The notes: a model not told the origin generated them from the letters alone. A stretch of 56,145 nt of DNA from Candidatus Zixiibacteriota bacterium (GCA_050117845.1 JASFLY010000018.1:1-56145), one strand, 5' to 3'; counted from the stretch's first letter, positions 45,636 through 55,642 are shown. Numbers and translations: made by a program.

Positions 45636-46355
45636 TTGGACGAGGGTAAACTCAAAGACGTAATACGCAATGCCGGCGCTATCGTCGTACTGACGGGCGC
45701 CGGCGTTTCCGCCGAATCGGGGGTGCCGACCTTCCGGGGCGAGGACGGCCTGTGGCGCAACTACCGCGCCGAGGAACTCGCGACGCCGGGGGCGTTCGCT
45801 CGAGATCCGTTACTTGTCTGGGAATGGTACCAGTGGCGCCGTGAACTCATCGGCGCCTGCGCCCCCAACGCCGCGCACGACTTCATCGCCCGCCTCGAAC
45901 GCGAGCACCCGGGCGACTTCCTCCTGGCCACGCAGAACGTCGACGGCCTGCATCGGCTGGCCGGTTCCCGAAAACTGGTCGAGGTCCACGGCAACATCTG
46001 GGACGTACGCTGCACGTCCTGCGGCCAGGGCCGCGAGGACCGCACGGTCCCCTTCCCCAAGCTCCCGCCCCCCTGCCCCGACTGCGGCGGGACGCTCCGG
46101 CCGGGGGTCGTCTGGTTCGGCGAAGCGTTGCCGGAGGAAGCGATCGGCCGGGCGTTCGCCGCCGCCGAGTCCTGCGACCTGATGCTGGTCGTCGGGACCT
46201 CCGCCGTCGTCTACCCCGTCGCCTATCTCCCCGAACTCGCCCGCCGCGCGGGCGCGTACGTCGTCGAGGTCAACCCCGCCGAGACGCCCCTTACGCCGCT
46301 GGCGAACGAATCCTGGCGCGGCCCGGCGGGAGAAATTTTGGGCGGTCTCCTTTAA
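45636..46355 (+). CDS. cobB: NAD-dependent protein deacylase (sirtuin)
   Basis: GAGVSAESGVPTFRG, TQNVDGLH, HGNI, 2x CxxC and VGTSAVVYP motifs. Confidence 0.95.
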   Translation: MDEGKLKDVIRNAGAIVVLTGAGVSAESGVPTFRGEDGLWRNYRAEELATPGAFARDPLLVWEWYQWRRELIGACAPNAAHDFIARLEREHPGDFLLATQNVDGLHRLAGSRKLVEVHGNIWDVRCTSCGQGREDRTVPFPKLPPPCPDCGGTLRPGVVWFGEALPEEAIGRAFAAAESCDLMLVVGTSAVVYPVAYLPELARRAGAYVVEVNPAETPLTPLANESWRGPAGEILGGLL

Positions 46356-46400
46356 CCCGTCGACCCGGCGAACGCCGATTCGTATACTGGAGGAATTGCG

Positions 46401-47522
46401 ATGTCGACCCCGAACGCCGATCCCGAAATCCAAGCGAAGACCGACGAAGCCGCCGGCCTTTTAGAGGCCGGGAACCTGGAAGGGGCGGAGGCGATCCTCC
46501 TCCCCCTCCTGAAGCAGGCGCCGAAAAACGCCCGCGTTCTGGAACTCCTCGGCGCGGTGCGGTACTATCAGGAGAACTACGCCGAGGCCGCCGACTACTT
46601 CGGCCGGGCCGGCGACCTCGCTCCCGAATCGATAGACGCCCGGGTCTGGCGGGGCCGCTCCCTGGCTATGGCGGACGACTACAAGGGGGCCGAAGAGGCC
46701 TTCGGCAAGGCGCTCGCTCTCGACGCCGACAACCTGGACGCGCTGTTCTACGACGGCGAGGCGGCGATATGGGAAAAGGCGTGGGACCGGGCCGTCGCGA
46801 GGTACGAACGATATACAACCCTGGCCGCGGGCAACCCCGCCGGCTGGGTGGGCGCGGGCCGGGCGTACAACGGGAAAGAGGACTACGGCCGCGCGGCCGA
46901 GGCCTTCGACCGGGCGCTCGAGCTCGACGACGACCACGGCGCGGCCCTCTTCTTCGGCGGCTACAACCACCTCGACGCCAAGGAGTACGCCAAGGCGGTG
47001 GGCCTCTTCAGCCGCTTCGTCACCGCCTTCTCGGATGATTACCGGGGATGGATAGCCCTGGGGTACGCGTACGAGGACCTGGAAAACCACGAACGCGCCC
47101 GGGACTCCTACCAGAAGGCGACCGAACTCCAGGCCGACAACTACTATAGCTGGCTCCACTACGCCCGGATGCTCGACGAGCTGGGCGACTACAACGCCGC
47201 GCTGGATGCGTACCTGAAAGCCATCGAGATAGACCGAACCGCCGGCGAGGCCTGGGCCAAGGCGGCCTACACCTGCATCGAGATAGGCGAATACGGCCGG
47301 GCGGAGAAACTGTTGTCCAAGGCCGAAGAGGTGGAACCGGACCTCAAGGAAGTAATCTGCTACCGGGCCCGGATGGCCTTCAAGCAGGGCGACCGGCCCG
47401 CCGGCTACGCCCTCCTCCGGGACCTCGTGGCCAAGAACCCGGACTGCAAGACCTGCCTCCCCGAAAAGGATGACTTCCAGGAACTGTGGGAAGAGGAGGA
47501 GTTCAAACACATATATAATTAA
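46401..47522 (+). CDS. Cytoplasmic TPR repeat protein
   Basis: About 9-10 TPR repeats; GGAGG RBS; no signal peptide. Confidence 0.88.
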   Translation: MSTPNADPEIQAKTDEAAGLLEAGNLEGAEAILLPLLKQAPKNARVLELLGAVRYYQENYAEAADYFGRAGDLAPESIDARVWRGRSLAMADDYKGAEEAFGKALALDADNLDALFYDGEAAIWEKAWDRAVARYERYTTLAAGNPAGWVGAGRAYNGKEDYGRAAEAFDRALELDDDHGAALFFGGYNHLDAKEYAKAVGLFSRFVTAFSDDYRGWIALGYAYEDLENHERARDSYQKATELQADNYYSWLHYARMLDELGDYNAALDAYLKAIEIDRTAGEAWAKAAYTCIEIGEYGRAEKLLSKAEEVEPDLKEVICYRARMAFKQGDRPAGYALLRDLVAKNPDCKTCLPEKDDFQELWEEEEFKHIYN

Positions 47523-47548
47523 TGTTCTGTTACCCCCGTGCTATAACT

Positions 47549-47574
47549 ACCGGCCTCAAGGCCGGTTTTTCTTT
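47549..47574 (+). terminator. Intrinsic terminator
   Basis: ACCGGCC-tcaa-GGCCGGT stem followed by a T-run. Confidence 0.8.
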
Positions 47575-47663
47575 AAGCTTTGTTTATTTTAAACCTTCCC
47601 GCGCCCTACGCGTCTAAACACCGAAATGACCGGCGTTATAGCATTAATAGGAGGTTTTCGGGC

Positions 47664-47732
47664 GTGAAGGCTATTCTTTTATCTCTGTTGGTCGGCCTCA
47701 TACTCGCGTTGGGTTTCGTCCGCACGGGGTAA
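47664..47732 (+). CDS. Putative 22-aa single-TM small protein MKAILLSLLVGLILALGFVRTG
   Basis: AGGAGG RBS 9 nt upstream of GTG; hydrophobic throughout; lies between two hairpin terminators. Confidence 0.45.
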   Translation: MKAILLSLLVGLILALGFVRTG

Positions 47733-47803
47733 GTTTTCACCGGGGGCGATATTAGCAATGGCGAAGACTAAAGACTAAAAGATTCCGTACCAACATCATG
47801 CCG

Positions 47804-47830
47804 AAAGGGCCGGGTGCAAACCCGGCCCTT
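47804..47830. terminator. Hairpin terminator
   Basis: AAGGGCCGGGT-gcaa-ACCCGGCCCTT inverted repeat. Confidence 0.7.
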
Positions 47831-47871
47831 GAATATTAGTACGGGGAATCGGCGACTTCGGCGGTAACCGC

Positions 47872-48660
47872 CTACCGGTACAACGCCTTAACCTTGCCGA
47901 GCGACGCCGGCTCCACGCTCAACCTCGCCGGGCAGTGGATACGGTAGATGTCGTAGTCCGGGTAAACGCCCGCGTAAAACCATAGGTATTCGCCTCTGTA
48001 AGCGAGGGAGTACGTACCGAAACGATACGGGTTAGGATTCGGGAACGACGCCAGAATCGCCCCATTGAGCCGGTAGCCGCAAATGTGATAAGGGCTATCA
48101 CCGCTGACTTGCCAAATAACTTCGTTACGCCAGTCGTACGCGCAATCGGAGTAGTTCGGGTGCGCGATACTAAATGAAGCCGAAATACTGCCCCCGGCCT
48201 TCTCGTGAACGAAGACCGTGTCGTACTCGTCCGTTCCCAGGATGCGGCTCGTACCCACGCCGCCGTCGCCGGTACAGCGGGGCGCCAAACCGTAGGCCAT
48301 ATAGTGGGTACTCCACGACCCGCAAAAGTTACCGGAATCTACGTCAATCTTGCAAACGTAGCGGTTCTCGACGTCGCTGGTCCAAAGATAACCGTCCCCG
48401 CTATAAGCCAACCCCATTAAATAATCCGTCCTCCAGGGCAACCCGAACGAACCCACCACCGAACCCGTGATCGGATTACAACGGTAGACGGGGGTGTCCG
48501 GGATATACGCCCGTAGGGCGAAAAGGTGCTCGGAAGAAATGGCGAGGCCGGTAATGCCGGCATCGGGCGAGTCGAAAGATCCGACTACCTCGCCTAAATA
48601 GGGGAACGCGGCCGTAGCGGAGAATACGGTAAGAAAAACGGTGACAAAGATCCTTCCCAT
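47872..48660 (-). CDS. Secreted beta-propeller-like protein with C-terminal ASLGKVKALYR tag
   Basis: Signal peptide; repeated G.V..SF..P / GLAY.G.YLW blades; C-terminus VEPASLGKVKALYR. Confidence 0.8.
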   Translation of the reverse strand: MGRIFVTVFLTVFSATAAFPYLGEVVGSFDSPDAGITGLAISSEHLFALRAYIPDTPVYRCNPITGSVVGSFGLPWRTDYLMGLAYSGDGYLWTSDVENRYVCKIDVDSGNFCGSWSTHYMAYGLAPRCTGDGGVGTSRILGTDEYDTVFVHEKAGGSISASFSIAHPNYSDCAYDWRNEVIWQVSGDSPYHICGYRLNGAILASFPNPNPYRFGTYSLAYRGEYLWFYAGVYPDYDIYRIHCPARLSVEPASLGKVKALYR

Positions 48661-48823
48661 GGTTATACCCCCTTCGGTATGTTTGCCTCACTCAGCCTGC
48701 ACTATTATACAATAATATCAGGAAACCACAAGACCCAATTGGTGAATAAATTACTCTTACTTAATCCCCATTCAATATCTTCCCGTACGTGAACCGGCCC
48801 CGCCAATCCGGCGACGCCGTATT

Positions 48824-48858
48824 AAAAAGGCCGGGCGTGAACCCGGCCTTCTTTTCTT
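48824..48858. terminator. Intrinsic terminator after tldD
   Basis: AAGGCCGGG-cgtgaa-CCCGGCCTT stem flanked by A and T runs. Confidence 0.8.
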
Positions 48859-48909
48859 CGTTGACCCGATAGTGGGCTTAAGCCCACTGTCCTAGTTCAA
48901 ACCCGCTGT

Positions 48910-50355
48910 TTACGCGCCCTGGATCTGCACCTTGCGGAAGCGCGCGGGGGCGGTGCCGTGGCCTACGTGCATCGTCTGGCCCGGCTGGCCTTTGCCGCAG
49001 TTCGGCGTGCCCCACATCTGCCACTCGCTTTCGTTGGCGATGGCGTCGCAGTTGCCCCAGAAGACGGGGGTCTTGCCGGTGTAAGTCGGGTTCTTCACGA
49101 CGGCGCCGAGCTTGCCGTCCTTGATAAGCCGGCCCCACTCGGTCGTGAACTGGAAGTTGGTCCGCCGGTCGTCGATGGACCACGAGCGGTTGGTTTCGAC
49201 GTAGATGCCGTCGTCGGTCGTGGCGATCATCTCCTCCAGCGACGAGTCGCCCGGGAGGAGGTTGATGTTGGTCATGCGGATGATGGGAATGTGGTTCCAG
49301 GACTCGGCCCGCGCCGTACCGCCCGAACGGTAGTCCGGCCCCAGGATGGGCGCCGTTTCCCGGTTGGTGAGGTAGCCCACGAACTGCCCTTCTTTGATGA
49401 TGTCGGTGCACTGCGCCGGGACGCCCTCGTCGTCGTAGCCGAAGGACCCTAGGCCGCCGGGGACGGTGGCGTCCGCGACGATGTTCACGATGGGCGAGCC
49501 GTACGTGTAGTTGCCGAGTTTGTCGACCGTAAGGAACGACATCCCGGCGTACGAAGCCTCCTGCCCCAGGACGCGGTCGAGTTCGATGGGGTGGCCGCAG
49601 GACTCGTGGACCTGGAGCGCGAGCTGGGAGTTGCCGATGATGACCGTCGTCTCGGTGGTGGGGCAAACCTGCGCCGTCAGGAGTTGGGCCGCTTCCTCGG
49701 CTATACCGGGGGCGTGGCCCACGAGGTCGAGGTCGCGTATGTACTCGTAGCCGACGGTTCCGAAATTACCCCGGAACGAGTTGGGATAGGAGCGAGTCTG
49801 GATGTCGTCGTCCGACACCGCGGTGGCGACGATGCCGCCGCCCGACTCGACTATCTTCTGCTCGAGATACGCCCCCTCGGTGGAGGCGAAAATTTTATCC
49901 GTGTGCCAGAAAACCAGGAACCCTTCGGCGACTTTGATACGGTCGCCCCGCCCCAGTTCTTCCGTCGCCCGAACGAGCAGGTCCATCCGCTCCTCGAGCG
50001 GGATGCCGAAGGGGTCCTCGGCTATATCGTTGGCCCAAGAGCCCTGCAGGGGTTCTTGCGGCGCCTGAACGACGGGGGTCCCCTTGAATCGGGCGCTGGC
50101 CCGGGCTACCGCCACGGCCTGCGAAGCGACGCGACGCATCTCTTCCTTATCCAGGCCGGACGACGCGGCGAATCCCCACGCCCCGTCCACGATGACGCGG
50201 ATGCCCACGCCCTGGGTCTCCGAGACCGAGATGACCTCGGGCTTGCCGTTCTTGGCCTCAAGGCTCTCGTTGCGGCGACTGAGTATCCGGACGTCGCCGT
50301 ACGTCGCCCCTTCGGTTTTTACAAGATCCAATACGTCGCCGATGAGTTCTTTCAT
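48910..50355 (-). CDS. tldD: TldD/PmbA family metalloprotease (TldD-type)
   Basis: GVGIRV..GAWGFA, HESCGH, YDDEGV, RMTNINL and CGKGQP motifs. Confidence 0.92.
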   Translation of the reverse strand: MKELIGDVLDLVKTEGATYGDVRILSRRNESLEAKNGKPEVISVSETQGVGIRVIVDGAWGFAASSGLDKEEMRRVASQAVAVARASARFKGTPVVQAPQEPLQGSWANDIAEDPFGIPLEERMDLLVRATEELGRGDRIKVAEGFLVFWHTDKIFASTEGAYLEQKIVESGGGIVATAVSDDDIQTRSYPNSFRGNFGTVGYEYIRDLDLVGHAPGIAEEAAQLLTAQVCPTTETTVIIGNSQLALQVHESCGHPIELDRVLGQEASYAGMSFLTVDKLGNYTYGSPIVNIVADATVPGGLGSFGYDDEGVPAQCTDIIKEGQFVGYLTNRETAPILGPDYRSGGTARAESWNHIPIIRMTNINLLPGDSSLEEMIATTDDGIYVETNRSWSIDDRRTNFQFTTEWGRLIKDGKLGAVVKNPTYTGKTPVFWGNCDAIANESEWQMWGTPNCGKGQPGQTMHVGHGTAPARFRKVQIQGA

Positions 50356-50384
50356 TACACACCCTCTTTCGGTTTATCGGGGCG

Positions 50385-51365
50385 TTATCCCCGTTCTATG
50401 CGGGTGAAGCCCGAACAGGCGACAATTTCCAATTTTTCGCCGGCGGCTATGGAGTCGAGCAACAGGTTGAGGCCCAGCGAATCCGACGCCATATGACCCG
50501 CGATTACGACGTTGATGTGATTCTTTTTCGCTATTTCCAGGTTATCTTCCGAGACGTGCATCGCGACGAACGTGCCGACGTTCGTATTGGTGGCCAGCTT
50601 CTCGAACATCCACTTCGAACCGCCGGTGCCGCCGGTCATGTCGACGAACACTTCCCCGGCCCGTATTCGGGAGAGGTCCGACTCGGATTTGATGGAACGC
50701 GACAAAACCTGTAAACCGGTGCCGTTGAGTTTGGCGTCGGCGTACTCCGGTTGGGCCTTGAGGAGGGCGACGACTTCCGACAATACTTCCGGTTTCTTTT
50801 CGTCGAATAGGTCCTGGAGGTATTTCGTTACGCAGTTATCCGCGACGGTATGGAGACACATAAACGGAAGGCCGAGCAGTTTCGCGGCGGCCACCGACCG
50901 GAAATGGTTCTGGGCCAACAGGCGACGTTTGACCTCGTGGAGACGGGGGTCGAGGATCCCCTCGGCTACGTTTATCGGGACGCCGAGTTCCGCCATGATA
51001 TCGGCCTGCATCTCCATCACCCGATAGAGATTGGCCAACGCGGAACCCTCGGGATGGTGGGCTACGCACAGGTCCAGTTGCGTCCCCCGTTCCCGCAAGC
51101 GGTCCGCGAGAACCAGTTCGCCCACCTCGAAGTCGATTCCTACCATAACGGCCTGGACGTCGGTATCCTCCGGGCCGTTCAGTATGCGGGTATCGTGGTA
51201 CGGATTGACGAGACGCTCGACGTCGAAGTCGCCCTTCGCGTCATCCGAACTATTCTCGTACGTACGGCGTTCCCGGGCCAGGTAACCCAGAATACCATCT
51301 TCGCCTCGAGGATCGCTGGCGCGGCCCGCGGCCACCGCCCGGTCGAAAAACTCACGCAGTTTCAA
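50385..51365 (-). CDS. NIF3-like (NGG1p-interacting factor) metal-binding protein
   Basis: NPYHDTRIL, HHPEG, HTVADN, DMTGGTGG and AGHMASDSLG motifs. Confidence 0.85.
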   Translation of the reverse strand: MKLREFFDRAVAAGRASDPRGEDGILGYLARERRTYENSSDDAKGDFDVERLVNPYHDTRILNGPEDTDVQAVMVGIDFEVGELVLADRLRERGTQLDLCVAHHPEGSALANLYRVMEMQADIMAELGVPINVAEGILDPRLHEVKRRLLAQNHFRSVAAAKLLGLPFMCLHTVADNCVTKYLQDLFDEKKPEVLSEVVALLKAQPEYADAKLNGTGLQVLSRSIKSESDLSRIRAGEVFVDMTGGTGGSKWMFEKLATNTNVGTFVAMHVSEDNLEIAKKNHINVVIAGHMASDSLGLNLLLDSIAAGEKLEIVACSGFTRIERG

Positions 51366-52383
51366 AAGTCTTACTCCTTCCTTTGGACTTCGGACGTTCT
51401 CCGTTCAAAGAGCGCCGGGTCAGGACTTCCTTGGCCCAGGCCGGCCGCCGGAATCCCCAGGCGAGAGCCGCCCCGGGATTGTCCAGCGAGAAAGCGTATA
51501 GCGCCGCGGCCCGGACGCCCCGCCCGGGATCGGCTCCGGCCAACGCCGGAGCTGCTAGCGTTTTTAATATATCGAAATTCCCGACCGCCGACGAAGCACC
51601 GAAAAACGACCGCGCGAGTTGGAGGACGAACCGGGTGGCGCGCACCACGCTCCATCCTCGGGCGAGAGCCCAATAACGGGGCCACGTAACTCTATCGGCC
51701 AGGAGTAGCGTTTCGTAATAATACATTAGCGGCAGCGAGAAAAAGTGATTTTGATGGTGGCAAATCGAAACCAACATACGGAATTCTTCTTTGGGCGTTT
51801 TCTCGTCGTCGCCCAAATAGCACAGGGACGCCATACCCCGGCGCGGCGGAAACGCCGCCGCCGGACTCCAATGCAAATCCACGGCCTCGCCCTGCCGGCC
51901 GAACGTCCGACCCGGCCACCAGCGCGGCTCGCGGGGCCCGGGAGAGAATCCCTCCCGTTGCAGTAAATCCTGCGCCGCCCGATAATTATCCGGCGATACC
52001 AGGATATCGATATCCGTCATCGGCCTGCACGCCGGACTGGGGAACGCCTCGAAAGCGAGGTCGACGCCTTTGATGGGTATGGCCGGTATGCCGACTTCGG
52101 CGAGGCGGCCGCGCAGGTCCTCGAACAGCTTCCGCCGCAGGAGATTGGCCGCCATCACGACGCGGTTTCTCGCCTTTAGTTCATTTACGAACGGCTCATA
52201 TACCGGGAACGCGGCGCCATCTATACGATACCCCAACATGGCCGCCAGGCGTTCTTCCCGTAACAGCTTCCCCAACGCTTCCCACGAACCGCAGGCTCGC
52301 CGCGCCGCCACCAACGCGCCGTAATCGACGGATTCATCCGCGAGCGCCCGGGCGATAAGGCGGCGGGCCGACACGCTCGTCAC
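51352..52383 (-). CDS. Nucleotidyltransferase family protein (NTP_transf_5-like)
   Basis: IKGVDLA, RPMTDIDILV and VDLHW motifs; coupled to wzc. Confidence 0.8.
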   Translation of the reverse strand: MTSVSARRLIARALADESVDYGALVAARRACGSWEALGKLLREERLAAMLGYRIDGAAFPVYEPFVNELKARNRVVMAANLLRRKLFEDLRGRLAEVGIPAIPIKGVDLAFEAFPSPACRPMTDIDILVSPDNYRAAQDLLQREGFSPGPREPRWWPGRTFGRQGEAVDLHWSPAAAFPPRRGMASLCYLGDDEKTPKEEFRMLVSICHHQNHFFSLPLMYYYETLLLADRVTWPRYWALARGWSVVRATRFVLQLARSFFGASSAVGNFDILKTLAAPALAGADPGRGVRAAALYAFSLDNPGAALAWGFRRPAWAKEVLTRRSLNGERPKSKGRSKTFETA

Positions 52384-54752
52384 GCCTCGGTCTCCTCGTC
52401 GGTATAAGCTTTATAATACTGGCTGTAATATTTGTAACCGTACGAGCCGAAGACGCGGGCCATATCCACCTGATTGAAGACGACCCCCAGTACGCGGCAG
52501 CCGGAACGGGTCAAAAGCTCCAGCGCGCGTCGGGCCGCGTTGCGGTCGGTTCGGCCGGCGCACACGACGAAGCACACGCCGTCCACCATACGGCCGAGTA
52601 CCAGCGCGTCGGTCACGGCTAAAATCGGCGGCGCGTCCATTATAACCCGCGTATAGCGCTCCTCGAGTTCGGCGGCAACGGCCTCGAACTTCTTCGAACC
52701 CAGCAACTCCGACGGGTTGGGGGGCACGATGCCGCTCGGTAAAACCGTTAAATTATCGATACCCGTGGGACACAGAGCCTCGTCCAGTTCGGCCCGCCCC
52801 ATTATCACTTCCGACAAACCGGGAACGCGTTCCAGGTCGAAGACGGTATGGACTACCGCCCGCCGCAGGTCGCAATCCACGAGAACGACGTCGTCCCCCG
52901 CCTGCGCGAATATTATGGACGTATTGACCGAAGTGTTGGTTTTTCCGTCGCCCAGGCCGGTCGAGGTCGCGAGGAGGGTTTTCACCTCGACATCCACGCC
53001 CGACGCCCGGATGGCCGTACGCAAGGTGCGGAACGCCTCGGCCACCGGCGACTTCGGATAGCTATGGGTGATAAAATACGAGTCGAGTTTCTCGTGGCGC
53101 GGGATCATACGGGCAACGGCGCCGGGGCCGACCCGCGGGATTATCCCGATAACCGGCATCTCGAGCCGCCGCTCCACTTCCTCGACGGTGTTAAGGGAAG
53201 TATCCGCGAACTCGAGGATGTACGCCACGCCGATGCCGAGGAAAACGCCCAGTATAATCCCGACGATTATATTCTTGGCGTAGTTGGGGCTTACGGGAGC
53301 CTTAGGGACGAGGGCGTAATCCACCACCCGGATATCCGCGGTGGGCATGGCTTCGTTGATCTTGGCCTCCTGCAATTTCTCGAGGAGCATCGTATACACT
53401 TGTTCGTTAACCTGGTACGCCCGCAGGAGGCGGTTGAGCTCCATCTCTTTTTCCGGCAACGTAGACGTCATCTCTCGGTAGTCGCGGAGGGTATCGTCCA
53501 GCATAGCCATCTTTTCGTCGGAGAGTTCGACGTTCGTCGCGAGTTCGCCGAATTCGAGAGCGTCGGACAACGCGACGCGCAACTCCTCCTCGGCGTTCGC
53601 GATCTCATCGTCCACGGCCACGACCGACGGGTGGTCCGGCGTCCGCGTTTGAACCAGTTCGGCGCGGCGCCGCCGGAGTTCTATCAAACGATTCTCGAGT
53701 TGCTGCAAGGCGCTTCCCGCCGCGAAGCGCGAGATAAGCACTTCCTCCGTCGGGTAACTGCCGCTTTCCCCCGAAACGGCCCCCCGGCGTCTTTTCAGAA
53801 TGTCCAGCTCCACCGCGGATATCTGACGGTCCAGGCTTTCCGCCAACAATTGGGATTCCAAATCGCCCAGGACCGACACGTAACGCCGCGTCTCGGCGCT
53901 CATATCCAGAATGCCCGTTTCCCTCTTAAAGGTCTCGAGCTCTATCTCGGCGCGGCGGAGGTTACTCGCCGTCCGTTCTATCTGGTTCTCTATGAAGACG
54001 CGGGTCGTCGTAGCCTGGAGCCGTTTGTCCTCCATACTCGTCTCGACGTAGACGTCCGCCAGGGCGTTGACCAAACGCGTCACTTTCTTGGGGTCGCGGC
54101 CCTTGGCCGTCAACCGGAGCATATTGACGTTCTCGACCGGTTTTACCTGGATACTCCCCAATATACCGCCGACCACGGCGTCGACGTTACTCGTTTTTAT
54201 TTCTATCAGGTCCCCCGCCCGCGCCCGCTTCGTATCGATGAGCAACGTCCCGAATTCCCACTCGAAAACCTCGCCGTTACGCCCTTCGCCGATGGGCCGG
54301 CCGTCGAACGCGACCGTGTAGGAATCGGGGCCCGAGAAAGTAATTACGAGGTTTCCTACCGGCGTACCTTCTTCGAAATAGGCCTCGGCCAGCGCTTCGC
54401 GCAGCCCCGGCCGCCCCGGCGCCACCCGGTAGGTCATCTTGAGATGGTTCGCCACCTTGGCCAAAAGGGCCCGGCTGCGTATCATCTCTATCTCGGTTTC
54501 GAGGAAATAGGGGTCGTAATAAAACGAGGAGAGAATGGTGGCGCCCGAAACGCGCTGACTCACTTTTATTTTAACCGAGGTCTGGTAAATCTTGGGCATG
54601 CGGAGACTAACGAGCGTGGCCAGCACGACCGTGGTCAGGAAAATTATTACGACCGCCCACTTGCGGCGGATTATTACACGCAGGTAATCGCCCAGAGAGA
54701 CGCTCGTGTCGAACGCCTGAAGTTCCTTCTCGGCTCGTTTAACCTCGTCCAT
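52380..54752 (-). CDS. wzc: Polysaccharide co-polymerase / BY-kinase (Wzc)
   Basis: 2 TM plus periplasmic coiled coil; AEAFRTLRT; Walker A GDGKT; DCDLRR; DAPP; Tyr-rich tail YGYKYYSQYYKAY. Confidence 0.92.
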   Translation of the reverse strand: MDEVKRAEKELQAFDTSVSLGDYLRVIIRRKWAVVIIFLTTVVLATLVSLRMPKIYQTSVKIKVSQRVSGATILSSFYYDPYFLETEIEMIRSRALLAKVANHLKMTYRVAPGRPGLREALAEAYFEEGTPVGNLVITFSGPDSYTVAFDGRPIGEGRNGEVFEWEFGTLLIDTKRARAGDLIEIKTSNVDAVVGGILGSIQVKPVENVNMLRLTAKGRDPKKVTRLVNALADVYVETSMEDKRLQATTTRVFIENQIERTASNLRRAEIELETFKRETGILDMSAETRRYVSVLGDLESQLLAESLDRQISAVELDILKRRRGAVSGESGSYPTEEVLISRFAAGSALQQLENRLIELRRRRAELVQTRTPDHPSVVAVDDEIANAEEELRVALSDALEFGELATNVELSDEKMAMLDDTLRDYREMTSTLPEKEMELNRLLRAYQVNEQVYTMLLEKLQEAKINEAMPTADIRVVDYALVPKAPVSPNYAKNIIVGIILGVFLGIGVAYILEFADTSLNTVEEVERRLEMPVIGIIPRVGPGAVARMIPRHEKLDSYFITHSYPKSPVAEAFRTLRTAIRASGVDVEVKTLLATSTGLGDGKTNTSVNTSIIFAQAGDDVVLVDCDLRRAVVHTVFDLERVPGLSEVIMGRAELDEALCPTGIDNLTVLPSGIVPPNPSELLGSKKFEAVAAELEERYTRVIMDAPPILAVTDALVLGRMVDGVCFVVCAGRTDRNAARRALELLTRSGCRVLGVVFNQVDMARVFGSYGYKYYSQYYKAYTDEETEA

Positions 54753-54763
54753 GCGTACCGTAT

Positions 54764-55465
54764 TTACTTGTTATGCCCCTCTTCCATTCCTTCGGGGTCG
54801 ATACAGCGCACTTTTATCTCACCGTTAGGCGTAACGTCGACGACGTAATCCACGTCGTTCGGGTCGTCGTCGGCGGGGCAGTCGAAAATGGTCGGGTCGG
54901 TCGTATAGGCCGGGCCGTCTTCCGGGTTGACCAGATCCCCGGAGGGGGATAAATCCAATTCCTTTAATTCCTCCGGCCGGACGTCCGGGTGGTCGAAGCC
55001 GTACATTTCCGGCCCCAGCATAACGGCGATTTTTTCCTGGTTGGACCGGCACTTGTTAATACGATCTTCGGCCGAAAGCTTGTCGCCCCCCTTGCCGCCG
55101 AATAAGTTGCCGAAACCAAAGAAAACGCCCACCAATATTACGACCGTAACGATTATTAACGTACTCGCCGAGGCCATGATAACGCCCGCCAACGCCCGGC
55201 CGCGGCCGGCCAACCGGCGAACGAAGGCCCTAAGGCCGCAAACGATTACGCCAATACTAAGCGCCAGCGTCGCCCCGATTGCCACCAGGAATATTATTCT
55301 ATTTGTAGATACGTCACGCGTAGCCAGCGAGAACTCGCCCTCCGACCATCCCCATTTCATAAGCGCGAAGACGACCAGGATGTAGTACAGAGGCCATAAG
55401 CTAACGATCCCGGCTATCAGGACCGCCGTCGTTTTTTTCTTGGGACCGGCGCTCTCTTTGGACAT
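54764..55465 (-). CDS. Membrane protein (3 TM, DUF4190-like) with a pilin-like, probably disulfide-bonded C-terminal domain
   Basis: ATG at 55465 with GGAGG RBS; GRALAG TM signature; CRSNQ..FDCPAD..RC. Confidence 0.65.
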   Translation of the reverse strand: MSKESAGPKKKTTAVLIAGIVSLWPLYYILVVFALMKWGWSEGEFSLATRDVSTNRIIFLVAIGATLALSIGVIVCGLRAFVRRLAGRGRALAGVIMASASTLIIVTVVILVGVFFGFGNLFGGKGGDKLSAEDRINKCRSNQEKIAVMLGPEMYGFDHPDVRPEELKELDLSPSGDLVNPEDGPAYTTDPTIFDCPADDDPNDVDYVVDVTPNGEIKVRCIDPEGMEEGHNK

Positions 55466-55495
55466 ATTTTCCTCCAATACGGTATCTAAACGAAT

Positions 55496-55524
55496 ATGCT
55501 ATCACAAGGTAAGGCCAGTGTCAA
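55496..55524 (-). promoter_or_regulatory. sigma70-type promoter for the membrane protein - wzc operon
   Basis: TTGACA-17 nt-TAGCAT with an extended -10 TG. Confidence 0.6.
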
Positions 55525-55588
55525 AAGAAACCGGCCTACGGCCGTAAATTAAGCTAATCGTAGGCATTCCTTCCGTCAATAAGGTAAT

Positions 55589-55620
55589 AAAAAGGGAGCG
55601 GCCTAAAAAAGCCGCTCCCT
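55589..55620 (-). terminator. Intrinsic terminator
   Basis: AGGGAGCGGC ... GCCGCTCCCT stem with a U-tail on the minus strand. Confidence 0.8.
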
Positions 55621-55642
55621 GGTATTTCTTTAGCTCGTCAGA

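Noticed and set aside
45636..46355. Sirtuin as an anti-phage (Thoeris/DSR-type) SIR2
   Set aside because: It is a canonical stand-alone CobB with a zinc ribbon and no defence-gene context.
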